The notes under the pieces: generated by a model | What the model saw: the letters and a program-made list of their open reading frames with translations, nothing else | What the model was told of the DNA's origin: nothing | The model's database searches: none | Shown here: piece after piece, positions 8,628 through 18,160 of the stretch | How positions within the stretch are numbered: position 1 is the first letter of the stretch | Layout: each line of letters starts with the position of its first letter | Translations under genes and position numbers: made by a program | Assembly (NCBI GenBank): GCA_009773355.1 | Contig: WRPG01000001.1 | Span: 337,809 to 401,808, forward strand | From: Limisphaerales bacterium | Lineage (GTDB): Bacteria; Verrucomicrobiota; Verrucomicrobiia; Limisphaerales; SXTU01 | Direction of reading: 5' to 3' | Length of the DNA: 64,000 nucleotides

Positions 8628-9007
8628 TGCTTTTCCTCCAGCGCTCCTTGGTATCGCTTGTCGCAGGCGAGCTTGTAGTCCAGCACACGGTCGTAGAGCT
8701 CGGTCGTGCCGCAGTGGGGATACTTGTCCTTGAGCCTGGCCAGAATCGCCAGCGCGGAGTGGCAGAAAGTGGACATCTTCTTCCAGACTTCGGCGACCTC
8801 CTCCAACGAATCCGCCTTGCGGGCAACGGTGGCGGCGATGGCGTAGCTGTGCAGCACTGCGGCCTCGACGTTGCGCACTTGCTGCGTGAAGGCCGCACAC
8901 GCTTCGGCTGACTCCCCATCGGCAAAGATGTCGCCGACATGCTGCATCTCGGCGAGCCGTGGCTCACCGACGGCCAGCACTTCCTCAAAGCTCAGGCAAC
9001 TTTTCAT
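8579..9007 (-). CDS. hypothetical helical protein (142 aa)
   Basis: ORF 8579..9064 with internal ATG 9007 (MKSCLSFEEVL). Amphipathic helical composition. No family recognised. Confidence 0.5.
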   Translation of the reverse strand: MKSCLSFEEVLAVGEPRLAEMQHVGDIFADGESAEACAAFTQQVRNVEAAVLHSYAIAATVARKADSLEEVAEVWKKMSTFCHSALAILARLKDKYPHCGTTELYDRVLDYKLACDKRYQGALEEKQCLTIALPRGLLPEMR

Positions 9008-9060
9008 CGTCGCAGCCACCGTAACGGGGCGGGCGAAGCATTGCAAGCAGCGCACTCGCG

Positions 9061-9960
9061 TCACACCAGCCCATGCTCCCGCATCTTCGCGCGCAGGAAG
9101 ACCGTCGAGTCCGCGATGTCCTGATAACCCGTCGCCGGGTCCGGGCCGTCTTCGATGGAAATCCAGCCCTTGAAGCCGACGCCTTTCAGGATGCGGAAGA
9201 TGCGGTCGTAGTCGTTCAGCCCGCGGCCGATGACGCCGTGCTTGAGGAAGGGCGCGTAGCCCGTGGTCGCGTTCACGTCCTGCTTGCGCAAGTCTTCAAT
9301 GCTGCCGCCCTCGAAGTAACGATCACTCGCGTGCATGGTCACGACGCGGTGCTTCACCGCTTCGAGCAACGCGATGGGATCGTCGCCGGCGATGATGGCG
9401 TTGGAGGGGTCGTAGTTCACTCCGAACCACGGCGTGACCGGGATGGACTCGACCAACTCAACGAACAAATCCATGCGCTGCGCGAACTCGGGGAACTGCC
9501 AGAGCGTGTCCTTGTAATGATTCTCGATGATGAGCGTCACGCCGTTCGCCTCGGCGGCGGGCAGCAGGTCGAGGATGCACTCCTTCGCCCAGCGCAGGCC
9601 GTCGGCGCGGGAGACATTCGGCCGCCATTGACCGGAGAGCACGCGCTGATACTTCGCGCCGAGCGCGGCGGCGGCGCGGAGCAAGGGCTTCTGCTTCTCC
9701 ACCTCAGCCTTGCGCTCGGCGGCATCGGGGCGGGTGAAGTCCGGCGCGCAGCAGAACATCGGGATGGACCGCCCCTGCGCCTCGACGCGCTGCCGGTAAC
9801 GCTCGCACGTCGCCAGGTCCGTGATGCCGGGGAAGCCGTAGTAAAACTCCTGCCCGTCCAAATCCAGCCCCGCCGACAGGTCAATCCACTGGTCCACCGT
9901 CATCGTGCGCTCGACGCAGATGGTCTCCAGAAAACACTTGGGCATCGTGGCGAGGGGCAT
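9061..9960 (-). CDS. sugar phosphate isomerase/epimerase (xylose-isomerase-like TIM barrel)
   Basis: LIIENHY, GVNYDPSN and WISIED blocks typical of the AP-endonuclease-2/xylose isomerase-like fold. Confidence 0.85.
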   Translation of the reverse strand: MPLATMPKCFLETICVERTMTVDQWIDLSAGLDLDGQEFYYGFPGITDLATCERYRQRVEAQGRSIPMFCCAPDFTRPDAAERKAEVEKQKPLLRAAAALGAKYQRVLSGQWRPNVSRADGLRWAKECILDLLPAAEANGVTLIIENHYKDTLWQFPEFAQRMDLFVELVESIPVTPWFGVNYDPSNAIIAGDDPIALLEAVKHRVVTMHASDRYFEGGSIEDLRKQDVNATTGYAPFLKHGVIGRGLNDYDRIFRILKGVGFKGWISIEDGPDPATGYQDIADSTVFLRAKMREHGLV

Positions 9961-9978
9961 GGGGGACAGGGCTAAGAT

Positions 9979-10146
9979 TTAACCACGGATGGACACGGAT
10001 AAACACGGATGGGAGCGCGGCCTTCAGGCCGCAGAAACGTGCGTGAACCATCCGTCGTCCGAACGCACTTAACCTGCCCAGCCTTCTGCGGCGTGAACGC
10101 CGCGCTCCATCTGCATCCGTGTCCATCCGTGTTCATCCGTGGTTAA
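9979..10146. repeat. 168-bp nested palindrome with decamer-periodic outer arms
   Basis: Outer arms 9979-10011 / 10114-10146 (CACGGAT at a 10-nt period, three units each). Inner arms 10012-10036 / 10084-10108. Central hairpin GTGCGT...ACGCAC. Confidence 0.9.
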
Positions 10147-10149
10147 GAT

Positions 10150-11193
10150 TCAACTCCCCGGCGTCAGCACCGCCTTCACATACTCCCCCGTGTGCATCTT
10201 CTCGAAGCACTCGTGCCAGTCGCCCAGCGTGCCGACGCGGCTGATGACGGGGTCGAGGTTGATCTGCCCGGCGGCGAGCATCGCGATGACGCGCTCCCAC
10301 ACCGGCCAGTTGTGCGAGAAGCTGCCGTGAAGCTGCACCGCCTTGAGCACGAGCGGGTCGAGGCTGAAGTTCAACGGCTGCGGCCCCCAGCCGACTTTGA
10401 GAATCTGCCCGCCGGGCCGCACCGCCTGCATCGCCGTCTGCAACGTCGCGGACACACCCGCCGCGTCAATCACCACATCCACGCCCAGGCCGTCGCCCAG
10501 TTCGCGCACGGCGGGGAGCGGGTCGCCCGTGACCGTGGCGTGCGCGCCGAGCTGCTTGGCCACCGCGAGCCGCTTCGCATCCGCTGGCATTCCGGCGACG
10601 ATGACATGCCGCGCGCCCGCGAGCTTCGCCATCACCGCGCAGAGCAGGCCGATGGGGCCGGGGCCGAGCACCAGCACCGTGTCGCCCACCTGCACACGGC
10701 CGTTCATGCACACCGCATTGTAAGCCACGCAGCACGGCTCCGTGAGCGCGGCCTTCTCGAACGCCAGGCTGTCCGGGATGCGGTGCAGGCAGCGCGCCGG
10801 CACCTTGACGAACTCCGTCATCGCGCCGTCCACGCCATAGCCGAAGCCGAGCCGGTTCGGGTCGAGGTTGTAAAGCCCCTGCCGGCTCAAGGGCGACTGT
10901 TCGTCAATCACCGCCGCCGTCTCGCTCACCACGCGGTCGCCTTCGGAAAACCCCTTCACCTCGCGCCCCGCCTGCGCGATGACGCCGCCGAACTCATGCC
11001 CGAGCACCACCGGGTAATTCACCTTCCAGCTCGCGCCGCCGAGCCACTGGTGCAGGTCGCTGCCGCACACGCTCACCGCGCGCACCTGGAGCAGCACATC
11101 GCGCGGACCGATTTCCGGGCGGGCCACCTCGCGCAACTCGACACTGTGCGGCGCGGCGGCGAAGTTCACGACGGCGGGCATGGCGGATTTCAT
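10150..11193 (-). CDS. zinc-dependent alcohol/polyol dehydrogenase (MDR family)
   Basis: VCGSDLH, GHEFGGV and VLVLGPGPIGLL (Rossmann) motifs. ATG 11193 or 11181. Confidence 0.9.
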   Translation of the reverse strand: MKSAMPAVVNFAAAPHSVELREVARPEIGPRDVLLQVRAVSVCGSDLHQWLGGASWKVNYPVVLGHEFGGVIAQAGREVKGFSEGDRVVSETAAVIDEQSPLSRQGLYNLDPNRLGFGYGVDGAMTEFVKVPARCLHRIPDSLAFEKAALTEPCCVAYNAVCMNGRVQVGDTVLVLGPGPIGLLCAVMAKLAGARHVIVAGMPADAKRLAVAKQLGAHATVTGDPLPAVRELGDGLGVDVVIDAAGVSATLQTAMQAVRPGGQILKVGWGPQPLNFSLDPLVLKAVQLHGSFSHNWPVWERVIAMLAAGQINLDPVISRVGTLGDWHECFEKMHTGEYVKAVLTPGS

Positions 11194-11260
11194 GGGAAAA
11201 GAGTCGGGCCAGCCCGCCGCGTGCGGCAAGGGGAATTCATTTCACGCCCAAAGGCCCGAT

Positions 11261-11324
11261 GTCTTGGACTGCGGTGGCAGAGCGCAGCGGCGACACCGCT
11301 TCGCTTCCCGCCGCAGTCCAAGAC
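11261..11324. repeat. palindromic element (GTCTTGGACTGCGG / CCGCAGTCCAAGAC)
   Basis: Perfect 14-nt arms with a 36-nt loop that contains its own small hairpin. Lies between the ADH start and the transporter stop. Confidence 0.85.
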
Positions 11325-11331
11325 GCCCCGG

Positions 11332-12588
11332 TCAGCCGACCGGCGTCACCGTCTGGTCTTCCGTCTTCAACTCCCCTTCCCAGCGGGCCATGACGGCGGA
11401 GGCGAGGCAGTTGCCGACGAGGTTCACCGTGGTGCGCGCCATGTCCATCAGCTCGTCCACGCCGAGGATGATGGCCACGCCTTCCAGAGGCAGGCCGAAG
11501 CTGGCGAGCGTGCCGGACAGGATGACCAGCGACGCGCGCGGCACGGCGGCGATGCCCTTCGTCGTGAGCATGAGCGTGAGCATCATCATGAGCTGCTGGC
11601 CCAGCGTCATGTCCACGCCCGCCGCCTGCGCGACGAAGACGGACGCTATGGCGAGGTAGAGCGTGCTGCCGTCGAGGTTGAAGGAGTAGCCCGTGGGCAG
11701 CACGAAGGAGACGATGCGCTTGGGCACGCCGAACTCGGTCATGCGCTTGAGGGCGTCGGGCAGCGCGGCGTCGGAGGAGGTGGTGGAGAAGGCGATGAGC
11801 GCGGGCTCCTTCACGGCGCGGAGGAACTTGCGCAGCGGGATGCGTGCCCAGAGCGCGACCGGCACCAGCACGACGAGGCAGAACACGACGAGCGCGCCGT
11901 AGAGCGTGAGCACGAGCATCGCCAGGTTTTTCAGCACGATCAGGCCGCTGTGCCCGACGGTCACGGCCATCGCCGCGCCGATGCCGAAGGGCGCGCAGAG
12001 CATCACGAGGCCGGTGAACTTGAACATGACTTCGCTGAGGCCCTCGAAGAAGTTGAGCATCGTCTCCTTGGGCTTGCCCTTCACCTGCGAGAGCGCGATG
12101 GCGAAGATGACGGTGAACACGACGACTTGCAGCACGTCGTTCTGCGCCGCGCTCTCGAAGAAGCTACGGGGCGCGATGTGCTCGATCATCTCCTGCGTGG
12201 TCTGCGTCTTGGCGGCGAACTCCTTGCCCTTGTCCGCCGATGGCGGCAGCACGACGCCGACGCCGGGCTTGGTCAGGTTGACTGCCAGCAAGCCGATGGC
12301 GAGCGCGAGCGTGGTGACGACCTCGAAGTAGATAAGTGACTTGAAGGCAAGCCGGCCGACAGCCTTGAGGTCATCGCTGTGGCCCGCGATGCCGATGATG
12401 AGCGTGCCGACGAGGATGGGGACGATGATGCACTTGATGAGGTTGAGGAAGAGCTTGGAGACGACTTTGAGGTTCCGCGCGACCATCGGGTAGTCCGACT
12501 CGGGGAAGGCCCAGCCGATGAGGATGCCGACAGCCATCGAGATGATGATCCATCGCGTGAGGCTGATCCGGCGCAGGGCGTTCCACAT
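11332..12588 (-). CDS. dicarboxylate/amino acid:cation symporter (DAACS, GltP/DctA-like)
   Basis: Multi-TM protein with SSDAALP, PTGYSFNLDGSTLY and VDELMDMARTTVNLVGN blocks. Confidence 0.92.
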   Translation of the reverse strand: MWNALRRISLTRWIIISMAVGILIGWAFPESDYPMVARNLKVVSKLFLNLIKCIIVPILVGTLIIGIAGHSDDLKAVGRLAFKSLIYFEVVTTLALAIGLLAVNLTKPGVGVVLPPSADKGKEFAAKTQTTQEMIEHIAPRSFFESAAQNDVLQVVVFTVIFAIALSQVKGKPKETMLNFFEGLSEVMFKFTGLVMLCAPFGIGAAMAVTVGHSGLIVLKNLAMLVLTLYGALVVFCLVVLVPVALWARIPLRKFLRAVKEPALIAFSTTSSDAALPDALKRMTEFGVPKRIVSFVLPTGYSFNLDGSTLYLAIASVFVAQAAGVDMTLGQQLMMMLTLMLTTKGIAAVPRASLVILSGTLASFGLPLEGVAIILGVDELMDMARTTVNLVGNCLASAVMARWEGELKTEDQTVTPVG

Positions 12589-12693
12589 AGGCGGGCTGAG
12601 TTTTGCACGAGGCTAGGCGGGGGGAGCGGTGGTGTCGAGCGCGCGGGGCGGATTTTTCCTCGTCAAGCGGGTGGCAGCGGCGATAGTGCGGGC

Positions 12694-13107
12694 ATGGACG
12701 TTCAAATCGCGAGCTTGTGCGACTCGGCGGCGGATTACGGCGGGAAGCTGTGCCTGATCGGCGCCTTTGACACGATCTTGGTGCGGCAGTTTCCGGCGCT
12801 GCATCCCTTCTGCTCAGTCGCGCTGCGCATCATCTTCCGCGACACGGACGAGGGGAAGCACACCTTGCGCGTGAACCTGATTGACGACGACGGGCAGAGC
12901 CTGCTGCCCAAGATCGAGACGCCCATTGACATCCGGCTGCCGGAAAACCAGTTCTTCGCCACGGTGAACCTGGTCTTCAACATGCAGGGGATGAGCTTCA
13001 AGAAGCCCGGGCAATACTCGATTGACATCACGCTCGACGGAACCATCGTCGCCCGCATCCCGCTGCAAGTGCTCCTCATGCCGCCCGAAGGCGGGACGCC
13101 GGGCTAG
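12694..13107 (+). CDS. hypothetical small beta-rich protein (137 aa)
   Basis: Internal ATG 12694 (MDVQIASLCDSAADYGGKLCLIGAFD) of ORF 12379..13107. The upstream part of that ORF overlaps the transporter gene and is R/D/G low-complexity. Confidence 0.6.
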   Translation: MDVQIASLCDSAADYGGKLCLIGAFDTILVRQFPALHPFCSVALRIIFRDTDEGKHTLRVNLIDDDGQSLLPKIETPIDIRLPENQFFATVNLVFNMQGMSFKKPGQYSIDITLDGTIVARIPLQVLLMPPEGGTPG

Positions 13108-13300
13108 GCGTTTCCCTTAGCCGCCTAAGCGTCCGCCATCCCTCCGGTTTGGGGCCGGCCCCAATTGTTGCCCCCGTTCGCCGCCCCTAACTTGGCGGTG
13201 TGAAAGCAAGAACGGAACGACAAGAAAAGTTCAGCAGCGCGGCAAGAAACGCGCGGTCGGTCGTCCCGGTCTGCCCAGCTCAACCCATCCGAGGCGAACT

Positions 13301-14194
13301 ATGAACACCCACGAAGACAGCAATCACATCGTCAACACCCTGGCCCACTCGCAGGTCTATCAGGACTACGAGAAGGCGTTCAACGAGATGACCGGCCTGC
13401 CCGTCAACCTCCGGCCCGTCGAGAGCTGGCAGTTGCCGCACCACGGGCGGCGGAACGAGAATCCCTTCTGCGCCATGATGGCCGAGCGCAGCCGCACCTG
13501 CGCCGCGTGCCTGCAAGCCCAGCAGCAGCTCACCGAGGCCGCCAAGACCTGCCCCGCCAGCGTCACCTGCCAGTTCGGCCTCTGCGATTCCGCCGTGCCC
13601 GTCCGCACCGGGGAAAAGACCATCGGCTACCTCCAGACCGGCCAGGTCTTCCGCCGCAGGCCCACCGAGGCGCAGTTCGCCCGCACGGCGAAACTCGCCC
13701 AGGACGGCGGGGTGACCGCCACCCGCGACGAGATGCACGAGGCCTACTTCAACACGCCCGTCCTCCCGGCCAAGCGCCACGAGGCGGCGGTCAACCTGCT
13801 CCACATCTTCGCCGACCACCTCGGCATGGTGAGCAACCAGATCATGGTGCGGAACGCCAACGCCGAGCCGCCCATGATCACGCGCGCCAAGCAGTTCATC
13901 GAGGAGCACCACAAGGAGGACATGTCGCTGGGCATGGTCGCCAAGGCCGTCAACACGAGCACCTTCTACTTCTGCAAGATGTTCAAGAAGGCCACCGGCA
14001 TCAACTTCACCGACTACCTCTCGCGCATCCGCATCGAGAAGGCCAAGAACCTCCTCCTCAACCCCAACCTGCGCATCAGCGAGATCGCCTACGAGGTCGG
14101 GTTCCAGTCCCTCACGCACTTCAACCGCATCTTCAAGAAGCTCGCCGGCCAGTCGCCCACCCAATACCGCGCGCACCTGCCGGCGGCGGTCTGA
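13301..14194 (+). CDS. AraC-family transcriptional regulator with PocR-like sensory N-terminal domain
   Basis: C-terminal HTH_AraC (FYFCKMFKKATGINFTDYLSRIRIEKAKNLL, ISEIAYEVGFQSLTHFNRIFKK). N-terminal Cys-rich PocR-type region (FCAMM...CAAC...CQFGLCD). Confidence 0.85.
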   Translation: MNTHEDSNHIVNTLAHSQVYQDYEKAFNEMTGLPVNLRPVESWQLPHHGRRNENPFCAMMAERSRTCAACLQAQQQLTEAAKTCPASVTCQFGLCDSAVPVRTGEKTIGYLQTGQVFRRRPTEAQFARTAKLAQDGGVTATRDEMHEAYFNTPVLPAKRHEAAVNLLHIFADHLGMVSNQIMVRNANAEPPMITRAKQFIEEHHKEDMSLGMVAKAVNTSTFYFCKMFKKATGINFTDYLSRIRIEKAKNLLLNPNLRISEIAYEVGFQSLTHFNRIFKKLAGQSPTQYRAHLPAAV

Positions 14195-14222
14195 GCTTTC
14201 ATCCATCACCACAGGAACTGAC

Positions 14223-14495
14223 ATGAGTGCCAAAACCAGAACGAGCAAGCCCGCGCTGCGGGCCTCCGCCACCCCGCGCCGCGAGCCGACGCACGACGAA
14301 ATCGCCCTGTGCGCCATGACCATCTGGGTCGAGGAAGGCCGCCCGCAAGGCCGCGACCTCGAACACTGGCTCCTGGCAGAATCCCGCCTGCGCCAGGCCC
14401 TCCAGATCGAGACGGACGCCACCGCCAGCGGCCAGCCGCGCCGCACCACGCGCCACGGCGTCAAGCGCGGCCAGCCCGAGCCAGTCGCGCTTTAG
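14223..14495 (+). CDS. DUF2934-like small protein
   Basis: EPTHDEIALCAMTIWVEEGRPQGRDLEHWLLAE matches the DUF2934 signature (E-I-A-x-x-A-Y-x-W-E-x-x-G-R-P-x-G-x-D-x-x-x-W-x-x-A-E). Confidence 0.7.
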   Translation: MSAKTRTSKPALRASATPRREPTHDEIALCAMTIWVEEGRPQGRDLEHWLLAESRLRQALQIETDATASGQPRRTTRHGVKRGQPEPVAL

Positions 14496-14531
14496 TCGTG
14501 CCTGCCCCGCGCGGACGCCTATCCTCCGCGC

Positions 14532-15806
14532 ATGGCCGACTACTCCGACATGACCAAGGCCCAACTGGTCGAACGCCTCACCGCTTTGGAAACCACCCCC
14601 GCGCGCGCCAGCGCCCCCGCCGGCGAGGAACTCTCCCGCCAGCGCCTGCGCGCCGACACCTCGCTCAAGGAGCTGCAGGACCTCAAGGCCGCCCTCGACG
14701 CCCATTCCATCGTCGCCATCACCGACGCCCGCGGCCTCATCACCTACGTCAACGACAAGTTCTGCGAGATCTCCAAATACCGCCGCGACGAATTGCTCGG
14801 CCAGGACCACCGCCTCATCAACTCCCGCCACCACTCGCAGGACTTCTTCCGCCACCTCTGGCAGACCATCGGGCGCGGGCAGGTCTGGAAGGGCGAATTG
14901 TGCAACCGCGCCAAGGACGGCGGCCTCTACTGGGTGGACACGACGATCTTCCCCTTCGTCGGCCCCGACGGCAAGCCCACCCAATACATCGCCATCCGCA
15001 CCGACATCACCCAACGCAAGCGCGACGAGGAGAAGCTTGCCGAGCTGGCCCGCTCGTTGGAGGAGAAGAACAAGGAGCTGGAGGCCATCGTCTATGTCGC
15101 CTCGCACGACCTCCGCTCCCCGCTCGTCAACATCCAGGGCTTCAGCAAGGAACTCGCCCGCACCTGCGAGGAGCTGCGCGTCAAGCTCGTCCAGGCCCCC
15201 GGCTCCACCCTCCCCAAGCGCGACCTCCTCGAACCGCTCGCCGTGGACATCCCCGAGGCCCTCGGCTTCATCCAGGCCGGCGTCACCAAGATTGACGCGC
15301 TCCTCGCCGGCTTCCTCCGCTTCTCCCGGCTGGGCCGCGCCGCCCTCAACGTCCAGCCCCTGCCGATGAACGCCATGCTCCAGCAGATCGCGCAGGCCAT
15401 GGAATTCCAGCTCCAGCAGGCCGGCGCGGAGCTAGTCATCGGCCCGCTCCCCGACTGCCTCGGCGACGCCACGCAGATCAACCAGGTCTTCTCCAACCTC
15501 CTGGACAACGCCCTCAAATATCTCGACCCCCGCCGCGCCGGGCACTTCCGCGTCACCGGCCGCGTCGAAGACGGGCGCGCCATCTATGCCGTCGCCGACA
15601 ACGGCATCGGCATCGCCCCCGAGCACCAGCACAAGGTCTTTGAAATCTTCCACCGCCTCGACCCCTCGCACGGCACGGGCGAAGGCCTGGGCCTCACCAT
15701 CGCCCAGCGCATCCTGGAACGGCAGGACGGAAAGATTTGGGTCGAATCCGAGGCCGGCAAGGGCAGCACTTTTTACGTCTCGCTGCCGGCTGCGTCGGCA
15801 AAATAG
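14532..15806 (+). CDS. PAS-domain sensor histidine kinase
   Basis: PAS ([25 protein letters not shown]), HisKA ([10 protein letters not shown]) and HATPase ([32 protein letters not shown]) motifs. Confidence 0.92.
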   Translation: MADYSDMTKAQLVERLTALETTPARASAPAGEELSRQRLRADTSLKELQDLKAALDAHSIVAITDARGLITYVNDKFCEISKYRRDELLGQDHRLINSRHHSQDFFRHLWQTIGRGQVWKGELCNRAKDGGLYWVDTTIFPFVGPDGKPTQYIAIRTDITQRKRDEEKLAELARSLEEKNKELEAIVYVASHDLRSPLVNIQGFSKELARTCEELRVKLVQAPGSTLPKRDLLEPLAVDIPEALGFIQAGVTKIDALLAGFLRFSRLGRAALNVQPLPMNAMLQQIAQAMEFQLQQAGAELVIGPLPDCLGDATQINQVFSNLLDNALKYLDPRRAGHFRVTGRVEDGRAIYAVADNGIGIAPEHQHKVFEIFHRLDPSHGTGEGLGLTIAQRILERQDGKIWVESEAGKGSTFYVSLPAASAK

Positions 15807-15817
15807 AACGATTCCTT

Positions 15818-15943
15818 AGCAACGCAGAGGCGCAGAGGACGCAAAGTTGCGCAGAGACGAACAAGACGAAATCCTCCCAACGGTGAAGCCCTGTCGGGCT
15901 TGCTCACTCTGCGTTCCTCTGCGCTTCTCCGCACCTTTGCGCT
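15818..15943. repeat. palindromic element, family C (GCAGAGG/GCAAAG units)
   Basis: Left arm AGCAACGCAGAGGCGCAGAGGACGCAAAG... Right arm ...CTCTGCGTTCCTCTGCGCTTCTCCGCACCTTTGCGCT. Lies after the kinase stop. Confidence 0.8.
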
Positions 15944-15976
15944 CAGGCGAAACATACTTCCACTGCATGGCTCATG

Positions 15977-16804
15977 TTACGGCGCGGCATCCAAGGCCCG
16001 CACCGTGTAGCCGCCGGACTTCTCATCGGCCTGCAACTTCAACATCCCGCGTTTCTGCGCTTCGAGCAGGAGGTCGTTGAAGGAGCGGAAACCGTGGGCG
16101 CGCTCGTTGAAGCCGGGATGCCGGCGTTTGATCGCCTGCTTGATCATCGAACCCCAGATGGGTTCGTCCGCGCCGCGCTCCACGGTGAGGGCTTCGAGCG
16201 TTTCGCTCACCAGGTCGAAGGCCTTTTCCAGCGAAGGCCCCTTGCTCTCCTCGCCCGCCGCCCTGGCCGGTGCCGAGCCGCTGACAGCGCGCCGCCGCCG
16301 TTGCGCCGGCTCCGCGCGCACGAGGTCATCGTAGTAGATGAACTCGTCGCAGTTGTTGATGAACAGGTCGGAGGTCGAGTTCTTGACGCCCACGCCGATG
16401 ACGGTCTTGGCATTCTCGCGCAGCTTGCTCACGAGCGGCGAGAAGTCCGAATCGCCGCTCAGGATGACGAAGGTGTCCACATGGCCCTTGGTGTAGCAGA
16501 GGTCGAGGGCGTCCACGACCATGCGGATGTCGGCGGAGTTCTTGCCGGACTGGCGGACGTGGGGAATCTCGATCAGCTCGAAGGCCGCCTCGTGCAGGCC
16601 GCGCTTGAAGTCCTTGTAGCGGTCGAAGTCGCAGTAGGCCTTCTTCACCACGATGTGCCCCTTGAGCAGCAGGCGTTCGAGCACCTTCTGGATGTCGAAG
16701 CTCGGGTAGTTCGCGTCGCGCGCGCCGAGGGCGATGTTTTCGAGATCGAGGAACATCGCCATGGTGGCGGTGGCCTCCTGGGATTTGAGCTGGTCGGGGG
16801 TCAT
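15977..16804 (-). CDS. NYN (LabA-like) nuclease-fold domain protein with C-terminal OST-HTH/LOTUS domain
   Basis: FLDLENI, SGKNSADIRMVVDA, ILSGDSDFSPLV and IGVG NYN motifs. C-terminal IWGSMIKQAIKRRHPGFNERAHGFRSFNDLL is LOTUS-like. Confidence 0.85.
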   Translation of the reverse strand: MTPDQLKSQEATATMAMFLDLENIALGARDANYPSFDIQKVLERLLLKGHIVVKKAYCDFDRYKDFKRGLHEAAFELIEIPHVRQSGKNSADIRMVVDALDLCYTKGHVDTFVILSGDSDFSPLVSKLRENAKTVIGVGVKNSTSDLFINNCDEFIYYDDLVRAEPAQRRRRAVSGSAPARAAGEESKGPSLEKAFDLVSETLEALTVERGADEPIWGSMIKQAIKRRHPGFNERAHGFRSFNDLLLEAQKRGMLKLQADEKSGGYTVRALDAAP

Positions 16805-16832
16805 GGGTTCGGCCTTTTGTGGCGGTCGCCGG

Positions 16833-17885
16833 TCAGTGTTTGGCGGCGTGCTTGTGCTGCCGCCGGAGCTGCTTCAGGTGACGGAAGCCGACCAGCTTCT
16901 TGAGCTTCTCGTCCCAGAGGCGGAGGTTGAACGACTTCAGACTGGAGGTCAACGTGATCGGCTTGACGCTTTGGAAGAGCGGGTCCGCCTCGTGGCAGCG
17001 CTGGAGGTTGTAGTTGGGGATGCGCGGGCTGAGGTGGTGGATGTGGTGAAACCCGATGTTGCCGGAGAACCACTGGAGCGCCTTCGGGAGCTTGTAGAAG
17101 GAGCTGCCTTGCAGCGCCGCCGCGGTAAAATCCCAGTTCTCACCGCGCTCCCAATAGACATCCTCGAACTGGTGCTGCACATAGAACATCCACACCCCGG
17201 CACCCGCCGCCACCATCATCGCCGTCAACTGGATCACCAGATACGCGGTGAGGCCGAAGAGCCAGCTCAGGCCGGCGGCCATGAGCAGGATGGCGAGGTT
17301 CATCCAATGCACGGACTCGCGCTCGCGCGGGTTCGCCTTGCCGGAGGGAAACCGCTGGAGAACCAGGAACAGGAACAGCGGCGCGAGGATGAACAGCACG
17401 AAGGGATTGCGCGCCAGCCGGTAGGCGAAGCGTTTCCAGCGCGAGGCCTCGAGGTATTCCCGCACCGTCATCGTCCAGATGTCGCCCACGCTGCGCCGGT
17501 CCAGGTCGCCCGCCGTCGCATGGTGAATGGCGTGTTCCCAGCGCCAATGATAATGGGGCGTGAACGTCAGCAGGCCGCAGATGAACCCCACCACGTCATT
17601 GGCGGTCCGGGACTTGAAATACGAGCCATGCCCGCAGTCGTGGAAGATGATGAACACGCGGATCAGGATCGCCCCCGCGAGCATCGCCAGCGGCACCGTA
17701 AGCCACCAGGACACCCCGAGGCTCAGATACATCAGATACCAAAGGAGGGCGTAGCTGCCGAACGTGTTGACCATCTGCCAGCTCGCCCGCCAGAGCGAAG
17801 GCTCCTGATACTTGAGCACGATCTCCTTCCATTGCTTCGGGTCCGTCGGAGTTTTTTCCGGGGATAAAACTGGTTCAGCACTCAT
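16833..17885 (-). CDS. membrane fatty acid desaturase
   Basis: Three His boxes (HDCGHGS, HWRWEHAIHH, FHHIHHL) and four or more TM segments. Confidence 0.92.
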   Translation of the reverse strand: MSAEPVLSPEKTPTDPKQWKEIVLKYQEPSLWRASWQMVNTFGSYALLWYLMYLSLGVSWWLTVPLAMLAGAILIRVFIIFHDCGHGSYFKSRTANDVVGFICGLLTFTPHYHWRWEHAIHHATAGDLDRRSVGDIWTMTVREYLEASRWKRFAYRLARNPFVLFILAPLFLFLVLQRFPSGKANPRERESVHWMNLAILLMAAGLSWLFGLTAYLVIQLTAMMVAAGAGVWMFYVQHQFEDVYWERGENWDFTAAALQGSSFYKLPKALQWFSGNIGFHHIHHLSPRIPNYNLQRCHEADPLFQSVKPITLTSSLKSFNLRLWDEKLKKLVGFRHLKQLRRQHKHAAKH

Positions 17886-18160
17886 AACTCACCTGCCACT
17901 TTCTGCGCCCCTTCCGGCGTTGGCGCGGGCCGCCACCCCGGCCAGCGGCGAGTCCGTGCGCCAACTGGTCCTTTCTCAAGCCACCCTACGACTAAGGGAT
18001 GGGAATGCGAGCGGCTTGTTCATCCTTGGTCATCTTTCATCGCCAATTGGCCGGGACGCGATCTGCGCTCCCAACCCCGGCGCGTTGGCGAGGCAACTGG
18101 TGTCCGGTTTTCCCTCAAAACGGGTTGGAGACAGGTGCTTCTCCAACCGAGGCTGGCCCC

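Noticed and set aside
10192-12339. 715-aa plus-strand ORF spanning the alcohol dehydrogenase and transporter loci
   Set aside because: It is antisense to two genes with clear family motifs. The translation is Arg/His/Ala/Gly/Asp low-complexity, typical of shadow ORFs in high-GC DNA.
12379-12693. Long N-terminal extension of the 137-aa protein (ORF 12379..13107)
   Set aside because: The extension overlaps the 5-prime end of the transporter gene on the other strand and is Asp/Arg/Gly low-complexity. Internal ATG 12694 gives a sensible protein.
13280-15107. Long minus-strand ORFs (13280..14464, 14199..15107)
   Set aside because: They are antisense to the AraC regulator, DUF2934 and kinase genes. 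They are low-complexity G/A/L/E-rich.
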